A stretch of DNA of 64,000 bases from Malacoraja senta. Taxonomy: Eukaryota. The stretch spans positions 2,234,001 to 2,298,000 of the forward strand of contig CM075990.1 of assembly GCA_038087875.1 (NCBI GenBank), given 5' to 3'. The translations under genes and the position numbers were made by a program. Shown piece by piece: positions 36,837 to 51,012 of the stretch (position 1 is its first letter; each line of letters begins with the position of its first letter). Under the pieces are notes generated by a model. The model was not told the origin of the DNA. It ran no database searches and worked only from the letters and a program-made list of their open reading frames with translations.

Positions 36837-39661
36837 GTAACACAGGCTGCCTTTCCTGGTCAGGTTTAGTTGAGTTGAGTTGTGTTTACTGAACCTTTCT
36901 CTTTACTTTACTGGACTTTACTCTTTACACTTTAATTTTGTACTTTAATTTACTTTACTGCACTCTTTACTATACGGTACTTTCATTTAATTTGTTTTAC
37001 TTTAGGTTACTTTAGCTCTGATCTGTTCTGTATCTTTTCACACGTCTAGTTTTCCTCCCCCCCCCGACTCAGTTTGAGGAAGGGTCTCGACCCGAAACGT
37101 CACCTGCTGACTTTGCATTTTTGTCTATCTTTCCTTCACTTTATGTTACATTGCGTTACTTTGCTTTCCTTTATTGTCAGGTGTACTAAAGTACAGTGAA
37201 AAGCGTTGGTGTTGCTGCGTGCTATCCAGTCAGTGGATAGGCTATACATGTTTACACCCAAGCCTTTTTTTAAAATAAAAGCTTAAATTATTCTCTTTGA
37301 AGTCACGAGTAAAAAGTATGCGAAGGTAGACAAAAGTGCTGGAGAAACTCAGCGGGTGCAGCAGCATCTATGGAGCGAAGGAAATAGGCAACGTTTTGGC
37401 CGAAACCCTTCTTCAGACCAATGCACTTGCTTTTGAAGAAGGGTGAGCAGTGATTTTATGGACACAATGAACTGCAGATACTGGAATATTGCATCAAGCA
37501 TAAAGTGCTGGACTAACTCAGTAGGACAGGCAGCATCTCTGGAGGACGTGGATTGGTGATGTTTTGGGTTGAGACCCTTCTTCAGTTTGATTTTATTTCA
37601 GTAACTTGGCATGGAATCAATTGAACGTAAATGCTGCACGGATTAACCACTATTTACTTGAAAGATCTGTTTGTGATCACAAGGCAGTGTTATTGTGTAC
37701 TTAAGCAACATGGTTTTGTGGAAAGATAGACACAAAATGCTGGAGCACCTCTGGGTCAGGCAGCATCGCTGGAGAAAAAGGAATGGGTGACGTTTTGGAT
37801 CGGGACCCTTCTTCAGACCCAAAATGTCACCGATCCATTTTTTCCAGAGATGCAGCCTGACCAGCTGAGTTAATCCAGCACTTTGTGGTTTTTTTTGCAT
37901 CTGCAGTTCTTTGTTTCTTCTCTATACCAGGAATTGGGCATCTTTATACCAATCTATCTTTGGTTTAAACCGAAGATAGACACCAAATACTGGAGTAACT
38001 CAGCGGGACAGACAGCATATCTGGAGAGAAGGAATGGGTGACGTTTCGGTCAAGACCCTTCCTTAGGTGGGGACATGCAATAGTGTTTTTTAGAGGCTTT
38101 TGGATAGGCACATGGATATGCAGGGAATGGAAGGATATGGATATATCCCTGCATTCCCATCACGTGCAGGCAGCGGCAATTAGTTTAACTTGGCATCATG
38201 TTCGGCACAAACATTGTGGGCCGAAGGGCCAGTTCCTGTGCTGTACTGTTTTATGATCTAACAAGCAGTAAACTAGGAATTGGGTAAAAATATCCATCAC
38301 CGAGCCATGTTCTCCAGAGATGCAGGTTGTAGAAGAAGGGTCTCTACCCCCCAGACACGTCACTCATTCCTTCTCTTCGCAGATGCTGCCTGTCCCGCTG
38401 AGTTACTCCAGCATTTTGTGTCTATCTTTGATATAAACCGGCATCTGCAGTTCCTTGATAATACAACGTGGTGAGAAAGGTTGAGATCCACCACTTTGTG
38501 TCTTTTTTGTTGTTGTAAGCCAGCATCTGCAGTTCCTTGTTTCCACTCTATACTAGGGGCGGCACGGTGGCGCAGCGGTAAAGTTGCTGCCTTACAGCGC
38601 CAGAGACCCGGGTTCGATCCTGCTGTCTGTACGGAGTTTGTACGCTCTCTCTGTGACCTGCGTGGGTTTTCTCCGGGTGCTCCGGTTTCACCAAAGACGC
38701 ATGGGTTTGTAGGTTAATTGGCTTTGGTAAAATTGTACATTATCCCTAGTGTGCGTAGGATAGTGTTAATGTGCGGGGATCGCTGGTTGGCGTGGACTCC
38801 GTGGGTTGAATGGCCTATTTCTGCGCTGTATCTCTAAAGTTAAATAAACTAATCGGGCATTCTGTGTTTACATTTTTGGGTTTTACTCGTGTTGGCCATT
38901 TGGTTTCTCTCAATGAAGAATCCGATGTAAGTTAATGCTTGAGCCAGTAGATTGTGTGGGGCATAGCAGTGGAAAATGCCCAGCAAAGAGCAGTTTCCTG
39001 AATGGGCAACGCTGACATCAGTCGGCTGTCAGGCTGAGGTCAGCCTTCCAAATTAGGCCGACGGATCAAGTGAGTGGCGTCACGCTGTACGAGGGAGAGT
39101 TTAGTTGACATTCCTCTGGCCTTGCGCAAGCAGTCATCCAGTCTTTGAAGTACGAAAATAAATGTGAAGCACAACTGTGAAACATTGCTGGCATGAGGGA
39201 TGGTGCAACTTGTTTACTGTTGAGGCAGGATCACATGGGTCTCAGGAGCGACGGTGACCCGATGACGATTAGACTGCTTGTCTCAATGCAATCAAGCCTT
39301 GCACCTACTCAGACTTTGACCTCAAACTGCAAGGAGGCATCGAGCCATAGAGTGATACAGTGTGGAAACAGGCCCTTTGTCCCAACTTGCCCACACCGGC
39401 CAACATGTCCCATCTACACTAGTCCCACCTGTTTGCGTTTGGCCCATATCCCTCTACACCTGCCCTATCCATGTACCTGTCTAAATGTGTCTTAAAAGCC
39501 GTGAGCATAATCTTGGCCAGAGGTAGACTTTGAGGGAGAAGGTCTGAAGAATGGTCTCAAGCCGAGATGTCACCTATCCATGTTGTCCAGAGATGCTGCC
39601 TGACCAGTTAAATGACTCCGGCACTTTGTGTCCTATTGTGTATGAACCAGCTTCCTGTGTC

Positions 39662-40217
39662 AAACCCCTGTCTCACGGTGCGAGTCGACCCACGAGTGAC
39701 CCCGAGTTTAAAACAAATTTATCACGTACAATTAACTTAGCGGGAACGTCGGAACTCGTGGACGCAACTTAGCGACTCGTGACGCTGACGGCAGGTACCC
39801 GTGAAACTTGTTATCTCTCATTTAAATCTTTTTATTTCAATTTCACAGCAATTTGCATACATACTATGATAACAGACAGTGACAGTCCACGGCATAATTG
39901 TGCAACAGTATGTAAGCGACCCTCAAAGCCCCTACCCTTACCCACCTTCAACCCACCCGAATCAGGTCGGAACCAAACGGGGACAAACAACACTCACATA
40001 CGTACACACCCACACAAATATGGTAAGATTAAAAAATAAAAAATAAATAAAAATAAAAAATAAAAACTTGTTATCTCTTGAAAAATTTCAAACATCTTTA
40101 AAGTTTTCCACGAGTTAAATTTACTGTTGAAGTTAAAAATTGAAACATTTAAACTCGTTGTAAGAACGTAGTGGCCCGTGGGTTTACCAAAGTGACTCTT
40201 GAGTCTACCGTGGGCAC
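39662..40217. mobile_element. Truncated Harbinger-like element containing a TSD-flanked retro-insertion (39819-40063)
   Basis: Starts CCCCTGTCTCAC (TIR-like), CpG-rich; insertion flanked by 15-bp AAACTTGTTATCTCT (39804-39818, 40064-40078) and ending in an A-rich tail. Confidence 0.6.
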
Positions 40218-40642
40218 TCTTTAACTCAGCGGGACAGGCAGCATCTCTGGAGAGAAGGAATGGGTGACGGGATGACGTTTCCAAATTTCTGCTGCGTCTT
40301 TGTGTTACTCCAGCACTGTGTGTTCACTTTTTGTCAACCAGCATCTGCCCTTTCTTGTGTAGGACATTATTTGTATCCGTGGCAGTTGATTGTCGCTCCC
40401 TTCAGTTTCCCAGGGGGTCGGGACGGGACTGGAGTTGGGAGGGAAAGGTGGGGGGGGGTGGGAGGGGAGATGGGGGGGGGGGGGTTGGGGTGACGGTGTT
40501 CTGGTAAACCTCCTCTGCACCATCTCCAACGCCTTCCTGCAATGGGGTGACCAGAACTGCACGCAATACTGCAAATGTGACCTCACCAAGGTCTTATACA
40601 ACAACATTATGACTTCCTGAGTCTAGTCTGAAGAAGGGTTTA

Positions 40643-40965
40643 CTTTAGTTTAGTTTAGAGATATAGGGCGGAAACAGGCCCTTCGGCCCACCGAGTTCGC
40701 ACCGGCCAGCGATCCCCGCACATTAATGCTATCCTACACACACTAGGGACAATTTTACACTTATACCAAGCCAATTAACCAACAAACCTGTACGTCTTTG
40801 GAGTGTGGGAGAAAAGCAAAGATCTCGGAGAAAACTCACGCGGACACGAGGAGAACCTGCAAACCCCGTACAGACAGCACCCGTAGTCAGGATCGACCCC
40901 AAATCTCCAGAGCTGCAAGCGGTGGGTGTAAGGCAGCAACTCTTTCGCTGTGCCACCGTGCCGCC
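40643..40965 (-). mobile_element. V-SINE, near full length
   Basis: Reverse complement of the HE1-like consensus with (TTTAG)n end. Confidence 0.9.
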
Positions 40966-41304
40966 CTGACAGGGTGTCACCTCTAGAGGTCACCCATCCA
41001 TGTTCTCCAGAGATGCTGCCTGACCCGCTGAGTTACTCCAGCACTTTGTGTCCTTGTGGGTAACTGCAGTTCTTTGTTTTTAGACTTTGTAGAAATCCCT
41101 TTAAAAGACGAAAAGGAAGATGGAGGTGAAGAGGGTTGTGGACTCTTTACTTACGAGGACAAGAATTGGAGGTGGTTTTGGGGATTGAGTGTTCAGAGGA
41201 GATGATGGGGAGAAGGGGTTCGAGAATGATAAAATAATTTAACATAAGAATTCGAAAATTGGCGTGTGGGTACCTAGAACAGCACAGGAACGGACCCTTT
41301 CTTT

Positions 41305-42040
41305 ATTTTTAGTTCAGTTGAGTTTATTGTCGCGTGTACCGAGGGACAATGAAAAGCATTTTTTGCTGCGTGCTCTCCAGTCAGCGGGAAGACTATACTT
41401 CATTACCATCAAGCCATCCACAGTGTACAGATACAGGATAAAGGGAATAATGTTTAGTGCAAGATAAAGTCCAGTAGTATCTTCTAGTCTGAGGATCTGC
41501 AATTAGGTAGATGGGAGGTCAAGACCGCTCTCTAGTTGGTGATAGGATGGTTCAGTTGCCCGATAACAGCTGGGAAGAAACTGTCCCTGAATCTGGAGGT
41601 GTGCGTTTCACACCTCTGTATGTCTTGCCTGATTGGAGAGGGGAGAAGAGGGAGTGGCCGGGGTGAGACTGGTCCTTGATTATGCTGCTGGCCTTGCCGA
41701 GGCAGCGTGAGGTGTAGATGGAGTCAATGGAAGGGAGGTTGGTTTGTGCGATGGTCTGGGCTGCGTCCACAATTCTCTGCAATTTCTTGTGATATTGGAT
41801 GGAGCTGTTCCCAAACCGTGCTGTAAGGCATCCCGATAAAATGCTTTCTACAGCGCATCTGTAGAAGTTGGTGAGAGTTGTTGGGGACATGCTGAACTTC
41901 CTCAGCCTTCTAAGGAAGTAGAGGTGTTGGTGTGCTTTCTTGGCCATTGCTTCAGTTGGGCTAGTCCAGGACAAGTTGCTGGTGATATGTACTCCTGGGA
42001 ACTTGAAACTTTCAACCATCTTTACTTCGTCGCCATTAAT
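41305..42040 (-). mobile_element. Rex1/Babar-type LINE 3' fragment
   Basis: VESFKFPGVHITSNLSW...KKAHQHLYFLRRLRKF...FYRCAVESILS...IIKDQSHPGHSLFSPL (RT C-terminus / DUF1891-like); an inverted 3' copy lies at ~42110-42400. Confidence 0.9.
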
Positions 42041-45000
42041 GTATTGATCAATGTGATTGATACGTATATTGCTTCACATCCTTAAGTCGATCACTATCTA
42101 TGGACAGAAGTGTGAAATCGCACACCTCCAGATTCGGGGACAGTTTCTTCCCAGCTGTTATCAGGCAACTGAACCATTCCTACCAACAACTAGAAAGCGG
42201 TCCTGAACTACTATCTACCTCTTTGGAGAATCTCGGACTATCTCTGCTCGAACTTTAGTGGCTTTATCTTGCACTAAATGTTATTCACGATATCTGTACA
42301 CTATGGACGGCTCGATTGTAATCATGTATGGTCTTTCCGCTGACTGGTTAGCACGCAACAAAAGCTTTTCACTTAACCTCGGTACATGTGACAATAAACT
42401 AATGACTAAAGTTTCCATGCTATGTTTCTAAACTAAACTAAACTATCTTGGCAGCTCGATAGGACTTTTGGTTAGGCTGCATTTGGAGTATTGCAGACAA
42501 TACTGGTCACCCCATTGCATGTTGGTGTGGAGGATGTGTACCAGAATGCTGCCTGGATTAGAGGGTTTCAGCTCCAGGGAGACGTTGGATAGACCTGGAT
42601 TGTTATCTCCAGAATGTCAGAGGCTGAGGGGAGACTTGACCTAACCATATAAACTTGAGGCACCAATATGGAGGCACAGTCATGTGTTATCTATCCACTG
42701 ACTGGTTAGCATGCAACAAAAGCTTTTCACTGTACCTCGGTGCACATGACAATAGGTTAATGGCTAATGCTGACATTGAGAGAAGGGTTGTTGCCCTGAC
42801 AACAGGTTACGAAGCCCTCAATCTCCTTCCGGTACTCCGCCTGTACAGAAGAAGATGCCAAGTTAATCTAGTCCCTTCTACCTCCCCCTGCACATCCATG
42901 CACCCATCCAAAAGCCCCTTGCCCACCACTATCACATCTGCCCCCACTGCCAGATGTTGCTTCTCCTGGAGCCAGTGTAGGTTCACAAGCATGGGTGAAG
43001 TGGATGGTGAGAGTTTGGAACGAGACCCAAAATCTCCGGAGGATTCAGTATCGTCCATGATGATGGCTGTGTGTGCTGGGATGTAGGGGCAGAGGCAACA
43101 GAGTCAGGAGTGACGTTCCCACCCACGGATAAGGGAAGTGGATAAAGGGGATCTTGTGTCGGTCGTTGTTCACTCCGGGTATCAGAGAGGCATCAGTGCA
43201 TGGCTGTGGCGATAGACATCGGCGTGGAGAACTTACACAGGGACAAGGCAATGACAGTTCGAGTGTGCCCGCAATATGGTGGGTGAATGGAAAGTGGTAC
43301 GAGAGGAGGAACCAACGTGGGGGAACCGATGTGGGGGAGGGGATGGAGGGGGGGGGGAATAAAGGAGGACACGGTGTGGGGGAAGCGCTGAGAACTAAGG
43401 AGGACAACGAATGGATTGTGTTATAACTGGTTTGTGCTAAAATTGAATATCTTTGTAACTTTGCCCTTTGCTTGGCAACTCTTTGCATACCTTGGCTAGG
43501 CAAAACAAAGTACATCACTGTGACTTGTCACATGTGACAATAAAGTATCGTTCATTCCTTCAGGTAAAGGTCACGGAGACCAATAAACTAGAGTCTGCTA
43601 AACGGTGGGTGGGATTACAGCGTCAGGAGTGCGTGGGAAAGAACTGCAGATGCTGGTTCAAATCGAAGCCAGATACAAAAAGCTGGAGTAACTCAGCGGG
43701 ACAGGAAGCATCTCTGGAGAGAAGGAATAGGTGAAGCTTGGGGTCTCGACCAGAAACGTCACCCAATCCTTCTATCCAGAGGCGCTGCCTGTCCCGCTGA
43801 GTTACGCCAGCTTTGTGTGTGTGTGTGTCCAAGGGGTCAGGACTCTTGTTTAGAGTTCGGGGGGGGGGGGGGGGGTGGGGAGGGGGCGAGATTTATGTGG
43901 GATGTTGTGTAAGGATGTTAAGTCAGGGAGACTTGCTGTGGATGAGTTGTCTTAGATTGGTTCCACTGGGGTGTAGGGTTCCCAGGCTGTAATAACTCCC
44001 GGCCTTGTTTTCATTCCACGGGAATGGTATGCGGAGAATCCGGATCATGTCGACGACGCAGAGACCGGCAGCGTTATTTCTGGGTGTACAGACCATACCC
44101 CTCGCCTTACACACTGATACTAGCACAGCTATCATTTTTAGAAACTGATTACTGCCCTTGGCGGGCAATCTAATGCCACTACTGGACGGCACGGTGGTGC
44201 AGCGGTAGAGTTGCTGCCTCACAGCGCCAAAGACCCGGGTTCCATCCTGACTACGGGTGCTGTCTGTACGGAGTTTGTACGTTCCCCCCCGTGACCTCGT
44301 GGGTTTCACGCGGGTGCTCCGGTTTCCTCCCACACTCCAAAGATGTACAGGTTTGTAGATGGAAGGTAGACACAAAAAGCTGGAGTACCTCTGCGGGACA
44401 GGCAGCTTCTCTGGAGAGAAGGAATGGGTGATGATTCGGGTCAAGGCCGTTCCTCAGACTGGTTAGGGATAAGGGAAACGAGAGATATAGACAATGATGT
44501 AGAGAGATAAAGAACAATGAATGAAAGTTATGCCAAAAAGCAACGATGATACAGGCCAGTGTTAGCTATTTGTTGGGTGAAAACGAGAAGCTGGTGCGAC
44601 TTGGGTGGGGGAGGGATAGAGAGAGAGGGAATGCCGGGGCTACCTGAAGTGAGAGAAATCAATATTCATACCACTGGGCTGGACGTTGCACAAGCGAAAT
44701 ATGAGATGCTGTTCCTCCAATTTGTAGATTGTCTGGGCAGATTTGGATCAGTCTCAGTCATTGACACAGCTGGTAGAGCCACTGTCTCACAGCGCCAGAG
44801 ACCCGGGTTCGATCCTGACCTCGGGTAATGTTTGTGTGAGGAGTTTGCACGTTCTCCCTGTGACCGCGTGGGTTTCCTCCGGGTGCTCCGGTTTCCTCCA
44901 ACATCCCAAAGACGTGCGGGTTTGTAGATTAATCGGCCTCTGTCAATTGCCCTTAGTTTGTAGTGAGCGGATGAGAAAATGGGACAACATAGAACTAGTG

Positions 45001-46544
45001 TGAGAAGATAGACACAAAGTGCTGGGGTCACTCAGCGGGTCAGGCAGCATCTCTTAAAAAAAATATTTGTGAGGCCTTGGGTCAGACTTGAAGAGGGAAT
45101 CTTCAAGCTATTCCTGGTTTAGGAAGTTAAGAATAATGGGAGCCATTTCGAAAGGAAACGAGGAAACACTTTTTCACACAGAGAGTTGTGAGTCTGTGGA
45201 ATTCCCTGCCTCAGAGGGCAGTGGAGGCCGGTTCTCTGGATACTTTCAAGAGAGAGCTAGATAGGGCTCTTAAAGATAGCGGAGTCAGGAGATATGGGGA
45301 AAAGGCAGGAACGGGGTACTGATTGTGGATGATCAGCCATGATCACATTGAATGGCAGTGCTGGCCTGAAGGGCCAAATGGCCTCCTCCTGCACCTATTG
45401 TCTATTGTATCAGTAAATGAAAGGGAAAAGTTTCAGTAGAGAGAAGAATTTGTGGGATTGGTGTCTGGGGTAGTCTCGGTAAATTTGTAATTTGTCCCCT
45501 AGTGTGTGTAGTGTGCGGGGATCACTGGTCGGTGCGGATTCCATGGGCCTGTTTCCTCGCTGTATCATCAATGTCTAAAACAAAATGTCCTAATGGATGA
45601 ATAGTAATTGTTGGTGTATCTGGACTATGCCTTGTTGTACAAGACATGAACACAATTTAATTAAGAATCATTTTAAGGGATACTTGGAAATAAGTATCCA
45701 GCTAGCTTTTAGTTAGTTAGACTTCTTTAGACTTTTGACTTTAGACATAAAGTGCGGAAACGGGCCCTTCGGCCCACCGAGTCCACGCCGACCAGTTCCT
45801 ACACACTAGGAACACACTTATAATTGTACAGAAGCCTACAAACCTGTACGTCTTTGGAGTGTGGAGGGAAACCGAAGCACCCGGAGAAAACCCACACGGT
45901 CACCGGGAGAACATGCAAACTCTGTACAGACAGCACCCGTAGTCAGGATTGAACCTGGGTCTCTGGCGGTGTGAGACAGCAACTCTACCGCTGCGCCACC
46001 ATGCCCCCCCCCCAAGTTATCACTGGTAGAGTTGCTGCTTTACAGCGCCAGAGACCCAGGTTGGTAAAATTGTAAATTGTCCTTAGTGTGTAGTAGGATA
46101 GTGTTAATGTGCGGGGATCGCCGGACTGTGCGGCTCAGTGGGCCGAAGGGCCTGTTTCCGCGCTGTATCTCCAATCTAAACTAAGCTAAAAACTGTACTG
46201 GGTGACCAGAGGGCTGGCTGCGTTTGTGTATATTGGTAACATGACGTCAAGTGTGACATCAAAAGTCATTCCACAGAATCTTTGAAGGCTTGATCTCGAG
46301 TGACTTGGTGCCCAAAGCCAACTTATCTACATTCTTCACAGAATACTTTATTTGTTCACCCAGTTAAAATCAACCACTACTTTTCCACACCTTTTAAGGA
46401 GTTGTCAGGAGCGGAGTGATGCAGTGGAAAAGATGCGTCTTTACCCACAGCTCTGGAGCAATGTCTCCAGTTCAAAATACCGAGTTACAGGGTATAGTTT
46501 GAATACCCTCACTGGGGGATGGGATCCCCCCAACCCCACACCCC

Positions 46545-46559
46545 TTACACACACACACA

Positions 46560-46616
<57 letters not shown>

Positions 46617-46656
46617 ACACACACACACACACCCACACCCCTTACACACACACACA

Positions 46657-46751
<95 letters not shown>

Positions 46752-46780
46752 GCACGCACACACACACACACACACGCACG

Positions 46781-46875
<95 letters not shown>

Positions 46876-46880
46876 GCACT
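46545..46880. repeat. (CA)n compound microsatellite; (GA)n at ~46993-47059
   Basis: Directly visible. Confidence 0.97.
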
Positions 46881-47410
46881 GACTCTCACATTAAGCCAAG
46901 TACTCCAGAGTTTTATGGAGTTGTGGCATTTTCTGAATAATTGCAATATTTGTTGGTGGAATGGAATCTTAGAATTGTACGATCTTTCAGCTGAGAGAGA
47001 GAGAGAGACAGAGAGAGAGAGAGACAGAGACAGAGACAGGGAGCGAGAGAGAGGGAGAGACCATTGCACTTAAGAAAATTTTCCAAAAAGGTTGTCTTCC
47101 TTAAACCCTTCCCTGTGCTTCCACTACATCCCGTTTGAAATACCCAAGCCCCTTCCTTTATCAAAAAGCTGTAGATCATTCTGGTCCCATCTCAGGATCA
47201 GGACCCTCTTCCATTGTGTAGGAAGGAACTGCAGACTCTTGTATGTTGTACGTTAAACTCTAAAGTGTGGTGTTTATCTTTATTTGTGTGCTGCATGGTA
47301 ACACAGATGTCACTGCACCAACTGGTGTATGTGACAATAAACGTCCTTTATCCCTTTTGTCCTATTCTGGTCAGGCCGTTTAGTTTTGTTTTGTTTATTG
47401 TCCCGTGTAC

Positions 47411-48896
47411 ATGGAGAGAGAGGACTGCTCCTCTGGAAACATTGGAGCGATCCTTCTCTCACCAATGAAACTGAATAACATAAATTATAACAAAAACCCA
47501 ATTATACATAGCACAATCAGAACTTGGAAACAAATAAAACAAAATTTAAAATTAAGAAATTTATCGCTTTTATCTCCCATAGTTAATAACCCTTCATTTA
47601 ATCCCTCTATTACAGACAAATCTTTCATACAATGGGATAGACTAGGAATTAAAACGTTCGGTGACTTGTACGAAACTGGAAAATTACTATCATTCCAACA
47701 ATTTCAAATAAAATATAAACTTGGAAATAATCAATATTTTAAATATTTTCAAATATGTGACTATTTGAAAAAATATACAAAAGATCATCATAATACCTCA
47801 ACAGATGTATTGGATGAAGCAATGCAGATAAAAGCTGAATCAGCAAACTTAATATCATATTTGTATAATATTATCTTAAATGTAGAAATACCATCTACGG
47901 AAGGTATTAGAAGAGACTGGGAACAAGAATTAGTTATTAAAATCTCAAAGGAAAGGTGGAATGAACATTTATTAAACGTGCATAAATGTTCGATTAATGT
48001 AAGACACACTTTAATACAATTTAAAATTTTACATAGATTATATTATTCTAAAACTAAAATCAATAAAACTTTCCCAAATGTATCATCCATTTGTGATAAA
48101 TGTCAATCTCAAGAAGCTACTATAGCGCACTCATTTGTTTTCTGTACAAAAATTCAAACATTTTGGATTGAAATTTTTGAAATCTTTACAAAATTATTTA
48201 AAATTAAACTGATACCCAAAGCAGAATGGATTATCTTCGGAACAACGGAAGATGGTCCAGAACTAAATGTGTTCCAAAAGAAATTAATAGACTACGGGTT
48301 AATAACTGGAAAAAAGTTAATCCTAAAATTCTGGAAAAACGCTCCAATACCAACTATAAACATGTGGATTTCAAATATGTTCGAAACATTACACCTAGAA
48401 GAGATAAGACTCCTCCTGGCAGGTAAACCAGATCACTTCCACCTGATGTGGTCTGTATTTATAGAATTATTACAAGTATAGGGTGCAAAAGTACAACAAA
48501 AAAAAATTAAACTGAGGTCAGGAAAGGGGGGATGAAAGCTGGAGAGTTGGTATGTCCCATTTGCGTGATGCTTACAAAAAGTATTTGTTTTTCTCTTTTT
48601 TCTTCTTTTTTAGGGTCTATTTCTTAACTCTTTCTTTTTGTTTTAATTTCTTTCTTATAGGGTCTTTGTTTTTTGTTTTTGTTTTTTGTTGTCACGTTTT
48701 TTACACTTTCACTTTTTCCCTTCACTTTCTTCTTTCTCTCAATCTCATCCTTTCCCTTTATTAGTGTAGAAAATAAACAGAGTACATTAATTGTAATAAG
48801 ATATATGTGATGAGTACTAGTGTAATTGGTTGTAATGTAATGTACTTCTAATAAATAAAAATAAAAAATAAAAATTAAAAATTAAAAACAAAAACA
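47411..48896 (+). mobile_element. 5'-truncated L1-clade LINE (ORF2 C-terminus with zinc-knuckle, 3' UTR, A-rich tail)
   Basis: Uninterrupted frame to 48481 with QFKILHRLY...CDKC...HSFVFC; AATAAA at 48850; 14-bp TSD ATTGTCCCGTGTAC (47397-47410, 48897-48910). Confidence 0.93.
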
Positions 48897-49829
48897 ATTG
48901 TCCCGTGTACTGAGGCACAGTGAAAAGCTGTGCTATTTAGTCAGCGGAAGGTGTAGTTCAGTTTAGAGATACACTGCAGAAACAGCCCCTTCTTCCCACT
49001 GAGTCCGCGCCACCCAGCGACCACCACATACACCAACACTGTCCTACACACACGAAGGACAATTTACAATGTTTTACCGAAGCCAATTAACCTACAAACC
49101 TGTACATGTTTTTAGTGTGGGAGGAAACCAGAGCACCCGGAGAAAACCCACACGGTCACAGAGAAAATGTACAAACTCTGTACAGCCCTATGTAATTTCT
49201 GCTTTCCCAATGCATGTTCATTTTATAAATAAATAACGTGACTTTATTTAAATCTCCCCTCCCCCTCCTCTTGGTGGGTGAACGAGAGGAAGATACTCAA
49301 ACATCCTCTTGCTGAGTGCAAATTCTCTACTGTAGACGTGAGGAACTGCAGATGCTGCAATCTTGAGCAAAGCACAAAGTGCAGGAGGAACTCGGCAAAT
49401 CAGGTAGCATCCATGGAGGGAATGGACAGGCAATGTTTCGGGTCAGGACCCTCCTCCATTTTGTAGGAAGGAACTGCAGACTCTGGTTTACACCAAAGAT
49501 AGACACACGATGCTGGAGTAACTCAGCGGGTCAGGCAGCATCTCTGGAGAAAAAGAATAGGTGACGTTTCGGGCCAGGATCCTTCTTCAGGGACCTTCTC
49601 CTTGTCCATTGTCTTGGCTAGAATGTTAAACCCGAAGAACTAGCCATTTATTTTGTTGCTGTTTCCAAGACTTTGTAGACAAACTAACTGCTACATTGTC
49701 CTGTATCAGTACTGTGCCTGATATTACTTCTGACATGTTTGCTTTTTATTTATTGACTGTGAAAAAGATTAAGACACTTGTGAAAGTACAAATGGAACAC
49801 TGTTGTTCCACATTTGGAGAAGGTGCTGA

Positions 49830-50388
49830 CTGCAGATGCTGGCTTAAATCGAAGATAGACACAAAATGCTGGAGTAACTCAGCGGGACAGGCAGCATCTC
49901 TGGAGAGAAGGATTGGGTGATGTTTCAGGTTGAGACCCTTATTCAGACAGATGTCAGGGGGAGAGGGAGATACATGGATAAGGAATAGTAAGGTGTGAAA
50001 ATGGATCAAAGGGAATGGAGATCAAGGAACATGTAGAAGAGATCAGTGTTATTTGGGAGAAGGTAACAACAAATCAAAGAGATAAAATGTAGTTGGAGAC
50101 AGTCAGACTGGTGGGAGAACTTGGAAGGGGGAGGGGATTTACCGGTTGCTCAACACTTTAACTCCCCCTCCCATTCCCACACTGACCTTTCTGTCCTGGG
50201 CCTCCTCCACTGTCAGAGTGAGGCCCAGGGAAAATTGGAGGAACAGCACCTCATATTTCGCTTGGGCAGCTTACACCCCAGCGGTGTGAACATTGACTTC
50301 TCCAACTGCAAGTAGCCCTTGCTTTCCCTCTCCTTCCATCCCCTCCCCCTTCCCAGTTCTCCCACCAGTTTTACTGTCTCCGACTACA
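49830..50388. mobile_element. Penelope-like element with inverted structure (minus-strand UTR joined to plus-strand GIY-YIG end)
   Basis: DLPVAQHFNSPSHSHTDLSVLGLLHCQSEAQGKLEEQHLIFRLGSLHPSGVNIDFSN at 50136-50315; inverted arms ~50088-50137 and ~50339-50389. Confidence 0.8.
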
Positions 50389-50541
50389 TTCATGGCTGAT
50401 CTATCTTCCCCTCTCAACCCCATTCTCCTGCCATCTCCCCAAACCCCTGACACCCGTACCAATCACGAATCTGTCTATATGCTGCTGGATGGCTCTGTTT
50501 TCAAGCAGGTTGAACTGACTGCCTTTGCTTTGTATTAACAG

Positions 50542-50597
50542 GGACAACGAGAGTATTGAAGTCCACAAGACAACCTCGACCATCACCATGAGTTCGG
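50542..50597 (+). CDS. SORBS1: SORBS1 exon carrying the canonical start (DNESIEVHKTTSTIT-MSS; ATG at 50588)
   Basis: Acceptor CTTTGCTTTGTATTAACAG, donor CGG|GTACGT, ACC-ATG context; MSS+E matches the start of SORBS1 (human MSSECDGGSKAVMNGL..., recalled from memory). Confidence 0.8.
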
Positions 50598-50696
50598 GTA
50601 CGTACACAGTTTGCAGTTCATCTGAAGAATTGCCCTTGTCCTCCGGATGTTATTGTTGGAATGCAGCAGGCGATTGTACTGACCAGGGCTGTGCAG

Positions 50697-51012
50697 TTTA
50701 GTTTACTTTAGTTAAGTGATACAGCGCGGAAACAGGCCCTTCGGCCCACTGAATCTGCACCGACCAGTAATCCCCTCACTATCCCACTCACCCTAGGGGC
50801 AATTTTACATTTATACCAAGCCAATTAACCTACAAACCTGTACGTCTTTGGAGTGTGGGAGGAAACCGAAGATCTCAGAGGAAACCCACGCAGGTCACGG
50901 GGAAGAACATACAAACTCCGTACAGACAGCACCTGTAGTCGGAATCGAACCTGGGTCTCTGGTGCTGTAAGCGTTGTGAGGCAGCAACTCTACCGCTGCG
51001 TCACCGTGCCGC
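50697..51012 (-). mobile_element. V-SINE, near full length
   Basis: Reverse complement of the HE1-like consensus. Confidence 0.9.

Noticed and set aside
42960..43400. Unclassified purine-rich segment (also GC-rich 61220-61450)
   Set aside because: No recognisable protein motif, TIR, TSD or splice pattern; cannot be assigned without a search.
47405..48481. 358-aa ORF as a host gene
   Set aside because: It is an L1 ORF2 C-terminal fragment bounded by a TSD and an A-rich tail.
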